Made by a program: the position numbers and the translations under genes
Source of the DNA: Eledone cirrhosa
Lineage: Eukaryota
NCBI GenBank assembly: GCA_964016885.1
Contig: CAXHJY010000648.1
Location: 27,617-91,616, forward strand
Direction: 5' to 3'
DNA: 64,000 nucleotides
The notes under the pieces: model-generated
The model's input: only the letters and a program-made list of their open reading frames with translations
Told to the model about the DNA's origin: nothing
Databases searched by the model: none
Shown here: piece by piece, positions 33,901 through 47,219 of the stretch
Layout: each line of letters opens with the position of its first letter
Numbering within the stretch: the stretch's first letter is position 1

Positions 33901-34321
33901 TAATACATATTTTAAGTATTAGTTCTTTTCGCACGTTCTTATTTCTTCTCGTCTGTTCTGTCATATAGAGTGTATATTGTTAAATTGAGTATGTCGTCAG
34001 CTAATTTACAGACGACATTTTTTCAAATTTTAGGTATATAAATACATTTCTTCTTAAATAAACGTTATTTAAAATGAAATGGCTAAAAAACATACACGAA
34101 AGATCAATTCAGTTTTTATTTCATATATTTTATTTTAGATTATTTCTTTTGATAAACCATATTTTGTTGTGCTAAAATCAGAGCCATCTCCACTGAGGAT
34201 ATACATACTTTGAAATACTAATTGAACAGCCACCTTTCGTCATTCTGAACGTAGAAAAAGCAATGAAGCTCTCATTAGTTCATCGAAAATCTATAACCAA
34301 TGGCGCTTCTGCTCATAAATG

Positions 34322-34381
<60 letters not shown>

Positions 34382-36142
34382 GCGTGTGAGTGTGTTTCAT
34401 CCTCTACTTTTACATACACACACACCTACATATATAGATATATATATATGTACATACACACACACATACACACATATATATATATAAATAAAGAATGAAA
34501 CGGCATTACTAATTGAAACACAACTGCTTTTTTTTCAATTCAAAGAATATATACTTATTTTACTCACACATAATCATATATATTTATTTTAAAATTTAAT
34601 GCATTCTATAATAGAATTTTATTTAACCAATATCGCACATCTGTGTGTTGATATTTGATATTTTGTGTTCACAATATGACTGGAATATCATTTTACATAT
34701 CACCTTTATAAAGTACTCACCATTTTCCGTTTCCATATCACTCTTTATATATATATAAGGGCTCCAAACGACTTAAAGAAATTTACCATATATATATATA
34801 TATATATATATACTATGTGTCCTAGCTTGTGATGGATGTAAGGTCTAGAAACGTTGTAGCTTGTGCTTGTCTCCTTTTACGTGCATCACCTTCGCAATTC
34901 ATCCAATAGTGATCGATACAATAACTATCAGACTGAAATAATTACCATAGTTGTTATTGTTTAATTCCTTGAATACAGTGCTCCAGCATAGCCGCAGTCC
35001 AATGAATGAAACTGTGAAAAAAAGAGTACAAAAGTGCAACGTTATCCTTTAATCCATGTTTCACTCCCTACCTAACAACATAAACATGAATTTCATTGCA
35101 TTTTATATGCGTAAACCCAGATTATCTTTGATGTAACGCTTTCTTCTGTCTAACAACCTTTAGAATAATAGGCGTTTAGTCGCACAAAAATCAGAAATTG
35201 TATCATTATCATAGATACATAACAAACGTGTTTCAATAAATACAATCACATACACATTCACAGACACGTAGTAACTTGTTATTTTATGTGTAATGATTGT
35301 GCTGTGGGTTTATATTATGTGGCTGTTACATTATCCACGTTATATAACTATAATACTTTCAATTCGGCCCATGGCGAGTAGATAATTTTACAATTTTAGT
35401 AAACATATCCACTTTACCATATAAAAATAAAACAAAGCATTCATTTAGAACAATTTTCAATGTAATTTTCAGCAATTATAAAAATCTATTCAAAACCTTC
35501 TCATATACTCATAAAACATCTCTTTGATGTTTTACGCCTAATGCTATAGCAGCATTGTTTCTATATTCAAGGAAAATAGTTTGCTATAAACACAATACAT
35601 TTTCTATGTGTAGAAATCAATAGATACTGTGAAACATATCAAACCAAATATTACAAATCTATTGTACATTTGCAGTCGTTTAACACTTTTACGAAGATGT
35701 ATTTATTCACCTCTGTAACACATTCCCGGCCTAGCAGCTCCACGATTGTATTTAGTTTCACGGTTTCGGTCGGTTTCTTTTCAACGAGAAAAGAAACTCG
35801 AGCTTTAACAATGTTTTTATCCTCTGAGAGTTTCAAATGAAGGAAGACGCAATTATTGGAACCAGTATATAAATGATTCTTTTATCTCCTTAACAGTGAA
35901 TGATTCTTTCGAAAGTTTATCAAAGGGTTTATGTTGCACTTTCACAGTGAGATTAACATCGATCTATTGAGAATTTACTTCCAGCATTTCAGTCATGTCT
36001 GTGTTTACCTTCTGTAAAATATGTGTTATATATGCGGAAGGATATATACGTTTTTAAGAATTAATCCTGAATTGTAGTTTTTCACATAGCTTAACACTGC
36101 ATACATTCATGTTTATACTTGCAACTGTTAAAATATTCCATC

Positions 36143-36175
<33 letters not shown>

Positions 36176-36252
36176 TAATATATATATATAATATATATGT
36201 GTGTGTGTGTGTGTTTATATGTATATATAAATTATGTTGTGATTATTATTAT

Positions 36253-36670
36253 GGCGGTGGATTGGCAGTATCGGTAGAGGGTCTGACGCCAAGCTTTCCA
36301 GCATAGTTACGTCCCTTTACGATCTGAGTTCAAATCCCGCCGAGGTTGACTTTGCCTTTCATCCTTACGGGGTCGATAAAATAAAGTACCAGTAATGCAC
36401 TGGATAATTGCTGGCCTTGTGCCTAAAGTAGAAACAATTATTATTATCATTACTAGATTTGCAGTATCGGAAGAGCATCGGATAACACGGTTGCGACAGC
36501 TTTTTATCTTCTGAGTTCAACTCCCCGAGATTAGCTTTGCTTTTCATCTTTACAGGGTCGAAAAATAAAGTACCAGTAACGCACTCGGGTCGATTTAATC
36601 GACTTTCCCAGTTCCCCAAATTGCTGGCCTTGTGACTAAAGTAGTACAGTTGCTATTATTATTATTATTA
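36253..36670 (+). mobile_element. Two tandem SINE S1 copies
   Basis: Full copy 36253-36447 and a second copy from about 36457, each with a (TTA)n tail. Confidence 0.88.
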
Positions 36671-38052
36671 TTGACGATTGATTTTCGGCAGTGTATAATT
36701 AAAGTTGAAAAATAAATAAATTAATTAATAGAAACGGTATTTAAATAATTTACATCCACCTTCAAATATTTTCTTTATCTTTTTCTTCAGTAAGATAAAA
36801 GAAAAACATAAACATGAAACAGCATATGATCTTAGGCTTATCCCTACCATAATTTCCATATTGAGTAGTTAGTTATTGGAAACTCATTCCATTTCTTTCG
36901 AACTGATATGGAATTCAAATCAGTTAATGATATGCGAAGACAACTTTTCTAAAGATTAAATAGTCGTCCAATTTCCATTCTCTTACGTTTAAATCATTGT
37001 ATTTCTCTTGCCTTTATTGTTTGGTTATTTAGCTGTAGCTTAATGCTTCAGAGGTCCCTGGTTCAATTACACTGTGTGGCACACTAAGAAAGTGTTATTT
37101 ACGATATTCTTGCATCGGCCCAAACCTTATGAGTGAAATTGTTTCCACTGAAAGAATAGTGGAAATCTGTCGAATGGAACGTACCTATAATTCAAAGAAC
37201 AATGCTTGTAACATATAGTGGCCTGCTAATTAATTTGGCCTGAAAATCATGTATGGGTATATATGGGTATAGAATAATGACTACGTACATGTTGATTCAC
37301 AAGTCGATCCCTCGGTTGATCGAATGACTGAACGCTCATTGTTGAAAGCAACGGGAGATCCATCATCACCATTCAAGCTGGATTGGAAATATTTATTTCC
37401 TATTCTTTTATTGTTTTACTAGTTTCGGTCAGTAGACTGTTGCTATGTTCTCACTTTGTCAAACGGCTAAGTTACAGAAAATAAGCACATTGACAGACAT
37501 GGTCGTACATACCGACATATACGGATATATAGGACAAGCGTCTGCAGTTTCCCTTTACGAAATTCCACTCAAAAGGCATTGATCAGTCTAAGGTATTAGT
37601 AAAATACACTGGCCCAAGTTGCCAGGTGTTGTAAGTGGACCCGGAACCATCTGGTTTTGAAATGAATCCCTTAACCCTACAGACATACTTGCGCCTATTC
37701 TCAATACCAAAAACAATTAAAAGAAAACGATACATGATATAAAATTAAAATATTCCAACACGCAAAGAAGTTAATCAATTTATGTGAGGTCTCTGTTCAC
37801 TTTTATCGCCTTCGTCCTTCTTTATAATTTATTTCAATACCCGTTTCCCAACGTAATAAGATGATGGAAGTAGTATTAGTGGTGGTGGTCATGGTATTGG
37901 TATTAGTGGGGGTAGCAGTAAATGTAATTGCAGTGGTATTAGTGGTGGCGATGCTGGTAATAATGATAGTTCTGCTTGCGGTGGATGCACTAGTACTTGT
38001 GATGGTGATTGTGAAAGACGCACTATTGGTGGTGGTGGTGGTGATGGTGGTG

Positions 38053-38092
<40 letters not shown>

Positions 38093-38329
38093 CAGCAGCA
38101 GCATACTTTCGAAGTTTACAGCGGCGGATCTACGTCGGTTTCGATGATGAATGTTTCAAATTTTCGGAAAACGGAACAGCCTGCTGATTAAATGAACGTG
38201 GTTGCTCATTCCAAACTCTCGTGAACCGTTAACTTAATACTCTGGGATATCTAACATGATGCAGTGTCTCCCAAGGTTGGCCATTTTGAACTACAGGTAC
38301 TGTCTAACTGATGAGCTTCCAAACATTTT

Positions 38330-38605
38330 CCGCCTCTGTACTTTCACTCACAAGGGATAGGGCCAACCGAGTTACCGTAACTTTACTTACCCGATGTACT
38401 ACATAAAGGGATCGAACCTGCGATCTAATTGTTGTAAATCGAACGTTTTAGCTATTTAGCCATATTGCGTCAGCATAATTTCACTCATAAGGTATAGGGT
38501 GACACGTGGTTATAGTAAAGGGTTGTTTGCCGAAGTACTCGGTAAAGGGGCCGAACCAGTGATCTAATTGTTATAAAGCGAACGTTTTAGCTATTCCGTC
38601 ATATT
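38330..38605 (-). mobile_element. Two tandem degenerate tRNA-headed SINE fragments
   Basis: Duplicated gatctaattgtt.taaa.cgaacgttttagctatt..g.catattg and tttcactca.aagg.atagg. Confidence 0.55.
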
Positions 38606-39225
38606 GTATCTATGTAATCTAATAGATTCTGTCTATAATCGTTATTTCAATGTTGGTTCACTTAAAACTTTCTCTATTAAAGAAGCGAAACATTTTCTCT
38701 TCTAAATCTAAAATCAGTGTAATTAATATTGACAGAATAAATATTCTCAACGTCTTATCTGTCATTATTTCTCATTAGACAATTTGTTTTCATGTAAATA
38801 TAAAAATAATTAAAAAATTGATTAATTAATTCATTAATATTGTTGACAGTGCTTTGCAAGATAAGCAATTCTATTTGACCTCAATCTCATGTGTATCTGT
38901 CTCTGTGTTTTTGAGATTGTATGTGTGTGTATATAGGAATCTGTGCTTGTATGTGTGTGTATTTGTGTGTGTGTTTTCTGTGTTTGCGTGGGTGGGGGGC
39001 TTTCTTAATGTATTTGGGATTGTATTTGTGTGTGTGTGAATGTATGCCTGTATTTGTGTACGTGTATTTTTCCACAAATATTAAATTATTGGAAATATTA
39101 CTAATATATATATATATATGTCTTACTTGTTTGTCTTAGCGAACTAACAGATTGTTACGTTTAGGTACGATTATTTTAATTTATTTCCATTCATTTCCGT
39201 TTATTATTAAATTATTATGAAGACA

Positions 39226-39660
39226 AATTGGTAGCACCGTTAAAGCGTTGAGACACATGAAGTTGTATTTAATTACGACCCTTGATGCTCTGATTTTAAA
39301 TTGACGTCTGGATCAACTTTGCTTTTCATCCTCCCGGATGTCGATATAATCAACTTTACCCTCTCCTCAAAATTGCAGGCCTGAGCCTAAATTTATCAAG
39401 GATTGTTATGGTATTATGACGGTTACATGCCAGTGTGTTTATTAGAGCATCGGGTATACATACGTGTCGGTATTTCTTCTAGTGGATTTCTGTGTGTTTC
39501 AATCCCAACAAGGTCAACTTTGGTTTTCTTCTTTCCGTGTTCGGTAAATAAATCAACACTCTATATAGGTGCACTGGCGGAATCATTAGGATGTGCGACA
39601 TGATGCCTTGCCGAATTTCATTCTGGCTCTTTTCATTCTAAGTTCAAATTCAGCCGGGCA
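39226..39660 (+). mobile_element. Cluster of about three old SINE S1 copies
   Basis: Repeated degenerate heads and tcaactttg..ttt segments. Confidence 0.55.
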
Positions 39661-40422
39661 TAATTGAGTGGCAGACTTAACCCGTGGACCGATTTAAAAT
39701 ACTTAGCAAGGCATTATACAAAAGTACAATACTGCACTATGATTCTATTGGATTAAATAATGAAATCATTCATCTAATATCGTTACTTTTCCCAAAGATC
39801 TAACCAGTGTTCAAGATATTATAACTATTTGAATTAACAGAGCAATGTTTATATATTTTTGGTTAAATCATTACAAGAGTTAACACCATCTCCTGACTCT
39901 AGAGTTCCTTCTGTTATAGACATTCTTAGTCAGGTCTCCAGAAGATATCCTACCCCTTACTTCCCACGAGTCTTAACCTTGAGGCTCATTTATATTGAAA
40001 CTTCTACGGGTCTTGAACGCCCTGATAAATAAAAGATTAAACGATGTAAACGATATTACATGACATTACATGGAATGAAACTTTGATCTTCCTCACATAA
40101 TTAAATGTATTCGAATTGCACAGTTTCAACTTAATGGGTATTCAAGGTTTTCTTTCAATAAGCGTACTCTTTGCCGATTAGTAATATCTCCCACGATAAC
40201 CTAACCTTAGTCGGTTTTCAGTTTTAAGAAGACACATCATAATCTTAAAATTTGATCAAATATAATCAAATATATATAGGATATAATCTCTTGAAATATT
40301 AAAGAGTAAACAGAATCTAATATATATATATATATATAATAAAGATACCTACACTCTACCAGTGTATTGAGTATTTTTTTTTATTGTGGTTAACCTCCGA
40401 CACCACTCGGGTATTGACATAT

Positions 40423-40459
<37 letters not shown>

Positions 40460-40517
40460 TTAATCTTATGCAAATACTGTAAGTTTTATCTAACATGTTA
40501 TTTGTTCTGTCTTTCAG

Positions 40518-40629
40518 TGGTTGTATTGTGTGCCAACGCAGATTCTGTTCGGGACATTATGATACAGGCTGAAGAACTGAACTTCAACAACGGAGAATAT
40601 GTCTTCCTTAATATTGATTTATTTAGCAG
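40518..40629 (+). CDS. Internal coding exon of a receptor-type guanylyl cyclase / natriuretic peptide receptor-like gene (extracellular ANF-receptor ligand-binding domain)
   Basis: Polypyrimidine tract and acceptor (ttgttctgtctttcag|) and donor (AG|gtaagt) bound 112 bp, phase 1 to phase 2. Translation (V)VVLCANADSVRDIMIQAEELNFNNGEYVFLNIDLFS resembles the NPR/receptor-GC motif RVIxxCxxxxxxRxxMxxAxxxxxxxGEYVFFxIDLF (from memory, not searched). Confidence 0.88.
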
Positions 40630-41025
40630 GTAAGTAATTAACAAACTTTGCATCATATTACAATGTATTCATGAACAATAAACCCGTCGTTCGTCTGCTC
40701 GAAAAGTGTGCTCAGCTGACCAATTAATGCTTCACTAGGATTGTAAAGAAACACGTAATTACTGTTGATTCATTTTCTTGCCTGGTCGATAATTTCCCCC
40801 TTTGTGTAATCGATTGGGAGATCTTTTCAGTTCCAGGCAGAAACTAACCACTATTTCTCGGAACAATTTCTTGCTGTTTATTCAGCTAGCTTTAAAAGGA
40901 AGCATTATAAGCAACAATTTATCTGAAAACCCCGTTCTTTCAGTATCGTCCGCCACATAATGCAGCATGCATCTATACATTACAATCAAGGATAAATGCT
41001 ATGCAGTAGAATACTAACTACTGCT

Positions 41026-41210
41026 ATGGATTAGCAGAATCTTTAGAGCGTCGGACAAATGCATAGGATATTTGCTTATGTTCTTTGGGCTTTGCGTTCA
41101 AATCCCATCGAGGTCAACTTTACTTTTCATCATTCCGGGTCGATAGATTAAAGCTCCAGTCATGTACTGGGTTCTTTTAATTAACTTTGCTTCTTCCCCT
41201 CAAAATTTCT
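41026..41210 (+). mobile_element. SINE S1 (diverged)
   Basis: ggattagcagaatctttagagcgtcggac...gttcaaatcccatcgaggtcaacttt. Confidence 0.75.
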
Positions 41211-41475
41211 GAACCACCAAGTCGTTAAATTAAGTTCTACACGGTCCTAATTCAAGCAGCTAGAGATTCTGTGGTATAAACTGATGCTCGAGACAGAGAG
41301 GCGTTGATTAAAAGGATTGGGGAAATCTTTTCAAAATCGGATGACGCTCAGGAGACCTACGAATCGGCCTGCCAGGCGGCATCCTGTGTGCAAAGAGAAC
41401 ACCGGAGGTCATAGACGACGTCGGTAGAGGTGCAGGTGAAGGTTTGTTGAATATGAAAAGAATGATTCATACCTA

Positions 41476-41476
<1 letters not shown>
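41205..41476 (-). pseudogene. Degenerate GIY-YIG endonuclease fragment of a second PLE (Neptune-like)
   Basis: SFHIQQTFTCTSTDVVYDLRCSLC, then (frameshifted) GCRLAGRFVGLLSVIR and ELI*RLG, matching the PLE pattern FTCxSxNVVYxIxCxxC..GxTxRRLxDRFxEHLxxI..ExxLIFRLG. Truncated at (CA)n. Confidence 0.72.
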
Positions 41477-41513
<37 letters not shown>

Positions 41514-42150
41514 AAATTCATAATTCCACACTTGTCATTTTCTTTTTGAAACTCAATATTCAATTCGCATTTCTAAATTTCCATTAAATTGGCTTCATTT
41601 TCTAAATCTTTAACTCCACTGCTTCCTCTTCGGTCATTATCCGTAACTATGGTTATTTGAGAGGAACTTTTGGGAGAAAATTTGCATTTTTAACAACTTT
41701 TTCAGAATTGATATTAACCATTAGATTTTTTTGATAAAATTTGCCCAAAATCTTTTCACCCTATCTTTTCGAACCGTTCAATAATGTAAAATAATCAAAT
41801 GAATAATGATGAACAACATTCAATTATTGATGGAATATTTTTTGCCTCTTTTACTCTTTTATTGCTTTCAGTCATAGAGCTGCGACTAAGCTGGGGTACC
41901 CTTTAACGGATTTTAGTCGATTATATCGCCCCCATTATATATTAATTTAAAACTAAAGTATGGTAATTGTTTCATCGATATATAGCAGGCTTCATTACAG
42001 ATTCTTATGTATAATTTCATTGGATAAGCATTGTCTACTGAAGTGTAGGAGACTAGTGGTAAGTGACATCCATGTCTGTAACTATCCCAGTTTCCGAAAG
42101 TTTTCTAAACCTTCCAGGATTCCAGCTGTTATTATTATCACATATATAAA

Positions 42151-42407
42151 GGGCGGTGGATTGGCAGTATCAGTAGAGGGGCGGACGCCATGAACTGGAA
42201 AACAAATTTAAAAAAGGCATATATATGTGTGTGTGTATGCAGAGGCAGAGAGACATTGTCAATATTAATTATGTCCCTTTACGATCTGAGTTCAAATCCC
42301 GCCGAGGTTGACTTTGCCTTTCATCCTTACGGGGTCGATAAAATAAAGTACCAGTAATGCACTGGGTAATTGCTGACCTTGTGCCTAAAGTAGAGACAAT
42401 TATTATC
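42151..42407 (+). mobile_element. SINE S1 interrupted by ~78 bp of unrelated sequence
   Basis: Head 42151-42192; body resumes at about 42270. Confidence 0.8.
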
Positions 42408-43640
42408 ACATATATTACACCCTCTCTCGCTCTCCCACAAACTGTTGCCTTTATTTATTTCCCTGTCTGCAATATATTTTAAACAACCGTTTCTTATTAT
42501 TGTTGTTTAATACCACAACTTGGCCTTTGAGTTCATTGAACAGGTTGTACTCTGTTGCAAGCATTCAGGACAGGATTTCCGTTCATAGAGATCTTCTCAC
42601 TACTCTCGTAGGGCTCTGAAAAGAGTAATAAACAGTGGCATCCACTCCAAGACTAAACATTTAAAACAAATAGGGGTATGCATTATCTAATGTAGTATTC
42701 TTTCTAGATATTGCTGGATTTGTCAAGTACTTCTACCATTAAGAAACCACGCCGACACATCCATGATCAAAATATACAAATTATCTTATAAAACCTATGT
42801 AGAAAGTAACTTAGTTTTTTTCACTTTACAATATAGTTTTTGGAGATTCAGCAGTTATCCTAATTCATATGCAACATGAATCTAATGCTTATTTATTCTG
42901 CCTTCGTTTTAAACAAGTGTGAAGCTGTCATTTTAGCAAATTCCCCTAAGGTTTTATTGAGTAGTTTTCTCCTGCTTGGAAAGTTAATGTTTTGTAAACG
43001 AGTTACGATGGGTACTGATAAAGTGACTGTAGTTAAAATAAAGTGTTGCAATGACTTAGTAGCAGAAATATATGTGTCTTTTAACTGAAAGCAGTTTGTT
43101 GATTTCTGTTATATATTCCAAATATAATAGTGTGGAGGAATTTGTAGTAACGGTGGGAAAACGTACCAAATATTTTACAGAATTTAGTTGTTTTTTTTTC
43201 CTTTTTTGTTATTCCCCTCTAGTTTCAATATCACTGTAAACTATTAAACAGAAGTATTAGTCAAAATCATGACAGTGGTAGACGAATACTTTCTATGGTC
43301 ACATCCATCCAAAGCAGAATTTATTATCGTCTTTTACGTGTTGATGATGTACCAATCAAGGACTGAGATCGATTTTTCTCTGTCTTACCCTCCCCTTTCC
43401 TCCTTTCTCTCCCTACACACTTTTCTCCCCCATTCACCTTCTCAGAATCAACTACACTGCTTTATTAGAGGATTGTGAAAGCTCACTCAAAGTGGCCCTG
43501 TTTCAAAGAAATGAAAGTGATTTGAGCGAGTAACAGTCACTTCTCATCTAGCATGATGGAAAACACATCTCAAAATGTCACTGATGTTAGGGATTCACGT
43601 TGACGAACTGGTTATATATGGTTATATACGATATACAATG

Positions 43641-43699
<59 letters not shown>

Positions 43700-44804
43700 G
43701 GTCTCCTGAGGAGGTGTCTTCTACGAACGCTTTGAGAGAGGCAATACCTCGTTAGTAAAATTTGATAGATGGAAACTGTGCAGAAGCCTGCCGTATACAT
43801 ATATATTTGTACGTGGTGGGTGTACACAATGCCTTAACTTCACAGCAATATATCTGATCTCATTTATCGTGCAATATACGCTGGGGAACAATTAATAAAC
43901 TCTGAAGTTCCAAATGTATTTCAATTCCCCTTTAAGAACCAAATTGTTTAATTTGACCAATATGCAGCTTGGAAACGATTCAAAAGTTAAAGCTTGTTAT
44001 TCCCCAACACATAAAGATATTAGTAGAACTGCAATTGAGTAACCTTAACGCAGATTTTATTATATAAGCCATGCATCTATATTAGCATGGACAAGGAATA
44101 TTTGAATAAATGTACGCATTCATATTTCTAGTACTTTATCCATGAGTGGCGAGTTGGCTGAAATTCTATATTGATTTGTGAACGTCTATATGTTATCATA
44201 ATCTGTAAATATATGATAAGTGTAGAAGTATTATTTATTATAATTTAAATTAAGTGGAGAGGTCAATTACAGCTTAAAATGTTGGCTATGTTCTGCTCTT
44301 AGGCAAGGAATTGTCAATATCAATCATTAAAACGTTAGATAAAGAATGATTTACGGCGGTTCTCCGGGCCTTAATTTAATCTACTTTCCTCTCCCTCAAA
44401 TTGTTGTCCTTATGCCTAAATCAGAAACAATTTACTGTTGTTCCTGCTAAGTGAATTTATTTAATTCTTATATATATTCTTTATCCCTTTAATTGTATCT
44501 ATTATATACATCTTAGATTTAGTACACCTGCTCCAGTCGCCTGTTGCTTTGGAGATTCGCCGCTATACTGGCAGATGTCTCAGATGTCTACAGCTGTAGA
44601 CACTCTCCAACTATGTATCAATGGATTTGTGTATGGATGTATGTGCACGTGTGTGTGAGTGTGTACGTTTTCCCCTTTAATAATTTATCATGAAAGAAAT
44701 TCCACAATAGGATCTGCCAATATTTTTTTCTACACGCTGAACACAGAAATAGTTTTAATAATTAAGAAACCAACATATTCGACACCGATTTTAATAAGAT
44801 TTAT

Positions 44805-44839
<35 letters not shown>

Positions 44840-45009
44840 TCATCTACATCGTCACCTTTTTTTACGCCTGTTTTTCCATGCTATCATGTATGTGGGATGA
44901 ACGTAAAATATATATATATGTGAGTGTGTGTTTATAGACATCTGTATATATATCGTTAATAAAGCTTATTAGATACGATATCAAATATTTTAGCTTCTTA
45001 CATATATAT

Positions 45010-45051
<42 letters not shown>

Positions 45052-45281
45052 CGACGTGTAATTGTATATTCAAATTAACACTGATGCACACACCACAGCT
45101 GTCATCTGCGAAACTGTGATCGCCTGTATTAACATTGATTTTGTGTTTATAAAATAATAATTGGGAGCAACACACCATATATCAGATTCATTTCATTTCT
45201 TCGATATGCTTCTATGGATTGCTAGTTGCTGTTTTTTGTTTTTAAATATGATTAATATACTTCTCTCTCTCTCTCTCTCTC

Positions 45282-45661
45282 TAGGAACAAGTATATATAT
45301 ATAGGAACAAGTATATATATATAGGAACAAGTATATATATATAGGAACAAGTATATATATATAGGAACAAGTATATATATATAGGAACAAGTATATATAT
45401 ATATATATAGGAACAAGTATATATATATATATAGGAACAAGTATATATATATAGGAACAAGTATATATATATATAGGAACAAGTATATATATATATATAG
45501 GAACAAGTATATATATATATAGGAACAAGTATATATATATATATAGGAACAAGTATATATATATAGGAACAAGTATATATATATATATAGGAACAAGTAT
45601 ATATATATATATAGGAACAATATATATATATATATAGGAACAATATATATATATATATAGG

Positions 45662-45751
<90 letters not shown>

Positions 45752-45760
45752 AACAATATA
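45282..45760. repeat. Minisatellite TAGGAACAAG(TA)n
   Basis: About 20 tandem units with variable TA length; later units lack the G. Confidence 0.95.
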
Positions 45761-46003
45761 TATTTATATACAGAGTGTGTTTGTGTTTATATACAGAGTG
45801 TGTGTTTGTGTATGTGTGTGTGAAGAGACAGACAGACAAGTAGATAGATGGATAGGAGAGAGATAGAGAGAATGAAAATAATTGGCATACGAACCTATCA
45901 ATGTCTAAATTATTAGAATATCGTATTCTGCATATAAATAAATTAGTAGTTTTACGTCACCACTTCACTACTTCCACCAACACTGCCACTATTAGTATTT
46001 TTA

Positions 46004-46557
46004 TCCCACCGAGGTTAACTTTGCCTTTCATCCTCACGGGGTCGATAAAATAAAGTACCAGTAATGTACTGGATAATTGCTGGCCTTGTGCCAAAAGTAG
46101 AAACAATTATTATTATTATTGTTGTTGTTGTTGTTGAGGGTGGTAGACCAGTAGTATCGGTAGAGCGTCATAACAACATGATTTGGGGCTTAGAGTTACG
46201 TCCTTTTACATTGTAACTTCAGATCCCCCCGAGGTTAGCTTTGCCTTTCATCCTTACAGACTCGATTAAATAATTGTACTGTGGTCGTTTTACTCGTCGT
46301 CTTTCCTTTCCTCCAAAACAGTTGGCATTTGTGCCTTTGTCAGAAACCATTATTATTTTTTAGTGGGCGGTGGATTGGCAGTATCGGTAGAGGGTCGGAC
46401 GCCATGCTTTCCAGCATAGTTACGTCCCTTTACGATCTGAGTTCGAAATCCGGCCGAGGTTGACTTTGCCTTTCATCCTTACGGGGTCGATAAATAAAGT
46501 ACCGGTAATGCACTGGGTAATTGCTGGCCTTGTGCCTAAAGTAGAAACAATTATTAT
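46004..46557 (+). mobile_element. Head-to-tail array of three SINE S1 copies
   Basis: 3' half 46004-46120, diverged copy 46138-46356, young full copy 46365-46557. Confidence 0.88.
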
Positions 46558-47219
46558 TTTTTAGTGCCTATGCCAAATCTTTCTCTATCAGTCTTCCTCT
46601 AATTTCAAAAAATCAAAAAACTTAATTCCTAGAATTAACATAATTTAGTGTGACACAGTGTGTGACAAGTCTAGCTCTTGAATTTACAGGTATTCTTGAG
46701 CAAAACACTTCATTTCACCTTGCTCTAGTTTACTGAGCTGAAAATAAATACTAGCAATAGCTGGGGGTTTAACCCTACTATGGACTGGCGTCCTGTCAAG
46801 GGGTTACTCTTGTACTCTCAGTCGCTTCATGCATTGAAACCAGGATAAGCACCAGCTATTGCTAGTATTCTCTCAATTAAGACAGACTTTAGACTTTTTT
46901 AGACTTAATCCAATAGACTTCCAAACAGTTTCCGTCTAATTTCAAAGACAGTGCATGTGTCCACACTACGCTATGATAAAGAACCCTTGTCCAAATTGAA
47001 ACGCAGTCGGCTCGATCCCGGGACCTAATGATTGCCGAGTGCACTTTTTTTCTGTTAAATGCCAAGTGGCAGAGTAGTTAGAAAGTCAGATTGAATGAGA
47101 TATGTAAAACGGGGGAAGTTAAGAGGTGGTTATTGTGTCAATGGCGCTAGTGGTAGTCAATGTGGTGTTGTCACTCGTGGTTCTGTTGGTCGTGGTGGAG
47201 ATGGTGATACCGTTGAATA

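Noticed and set aside
35651-35836. Possible mariner transposase N-terminal remnant
   Set aside because: The resemblance is too weak, with no TIRs or catalytic motifs seen.
37861-38187. Val-rich membrane-like ORF
   Set aside because: It is (GGT)/(AGT) trinucleotide low-complexity sequence.
45282-45760. CRISPR-like repeat/spacer appearance
   Set aside because: The spacers are only (TA)n, the context is eukaryotic and there are no cas genes.
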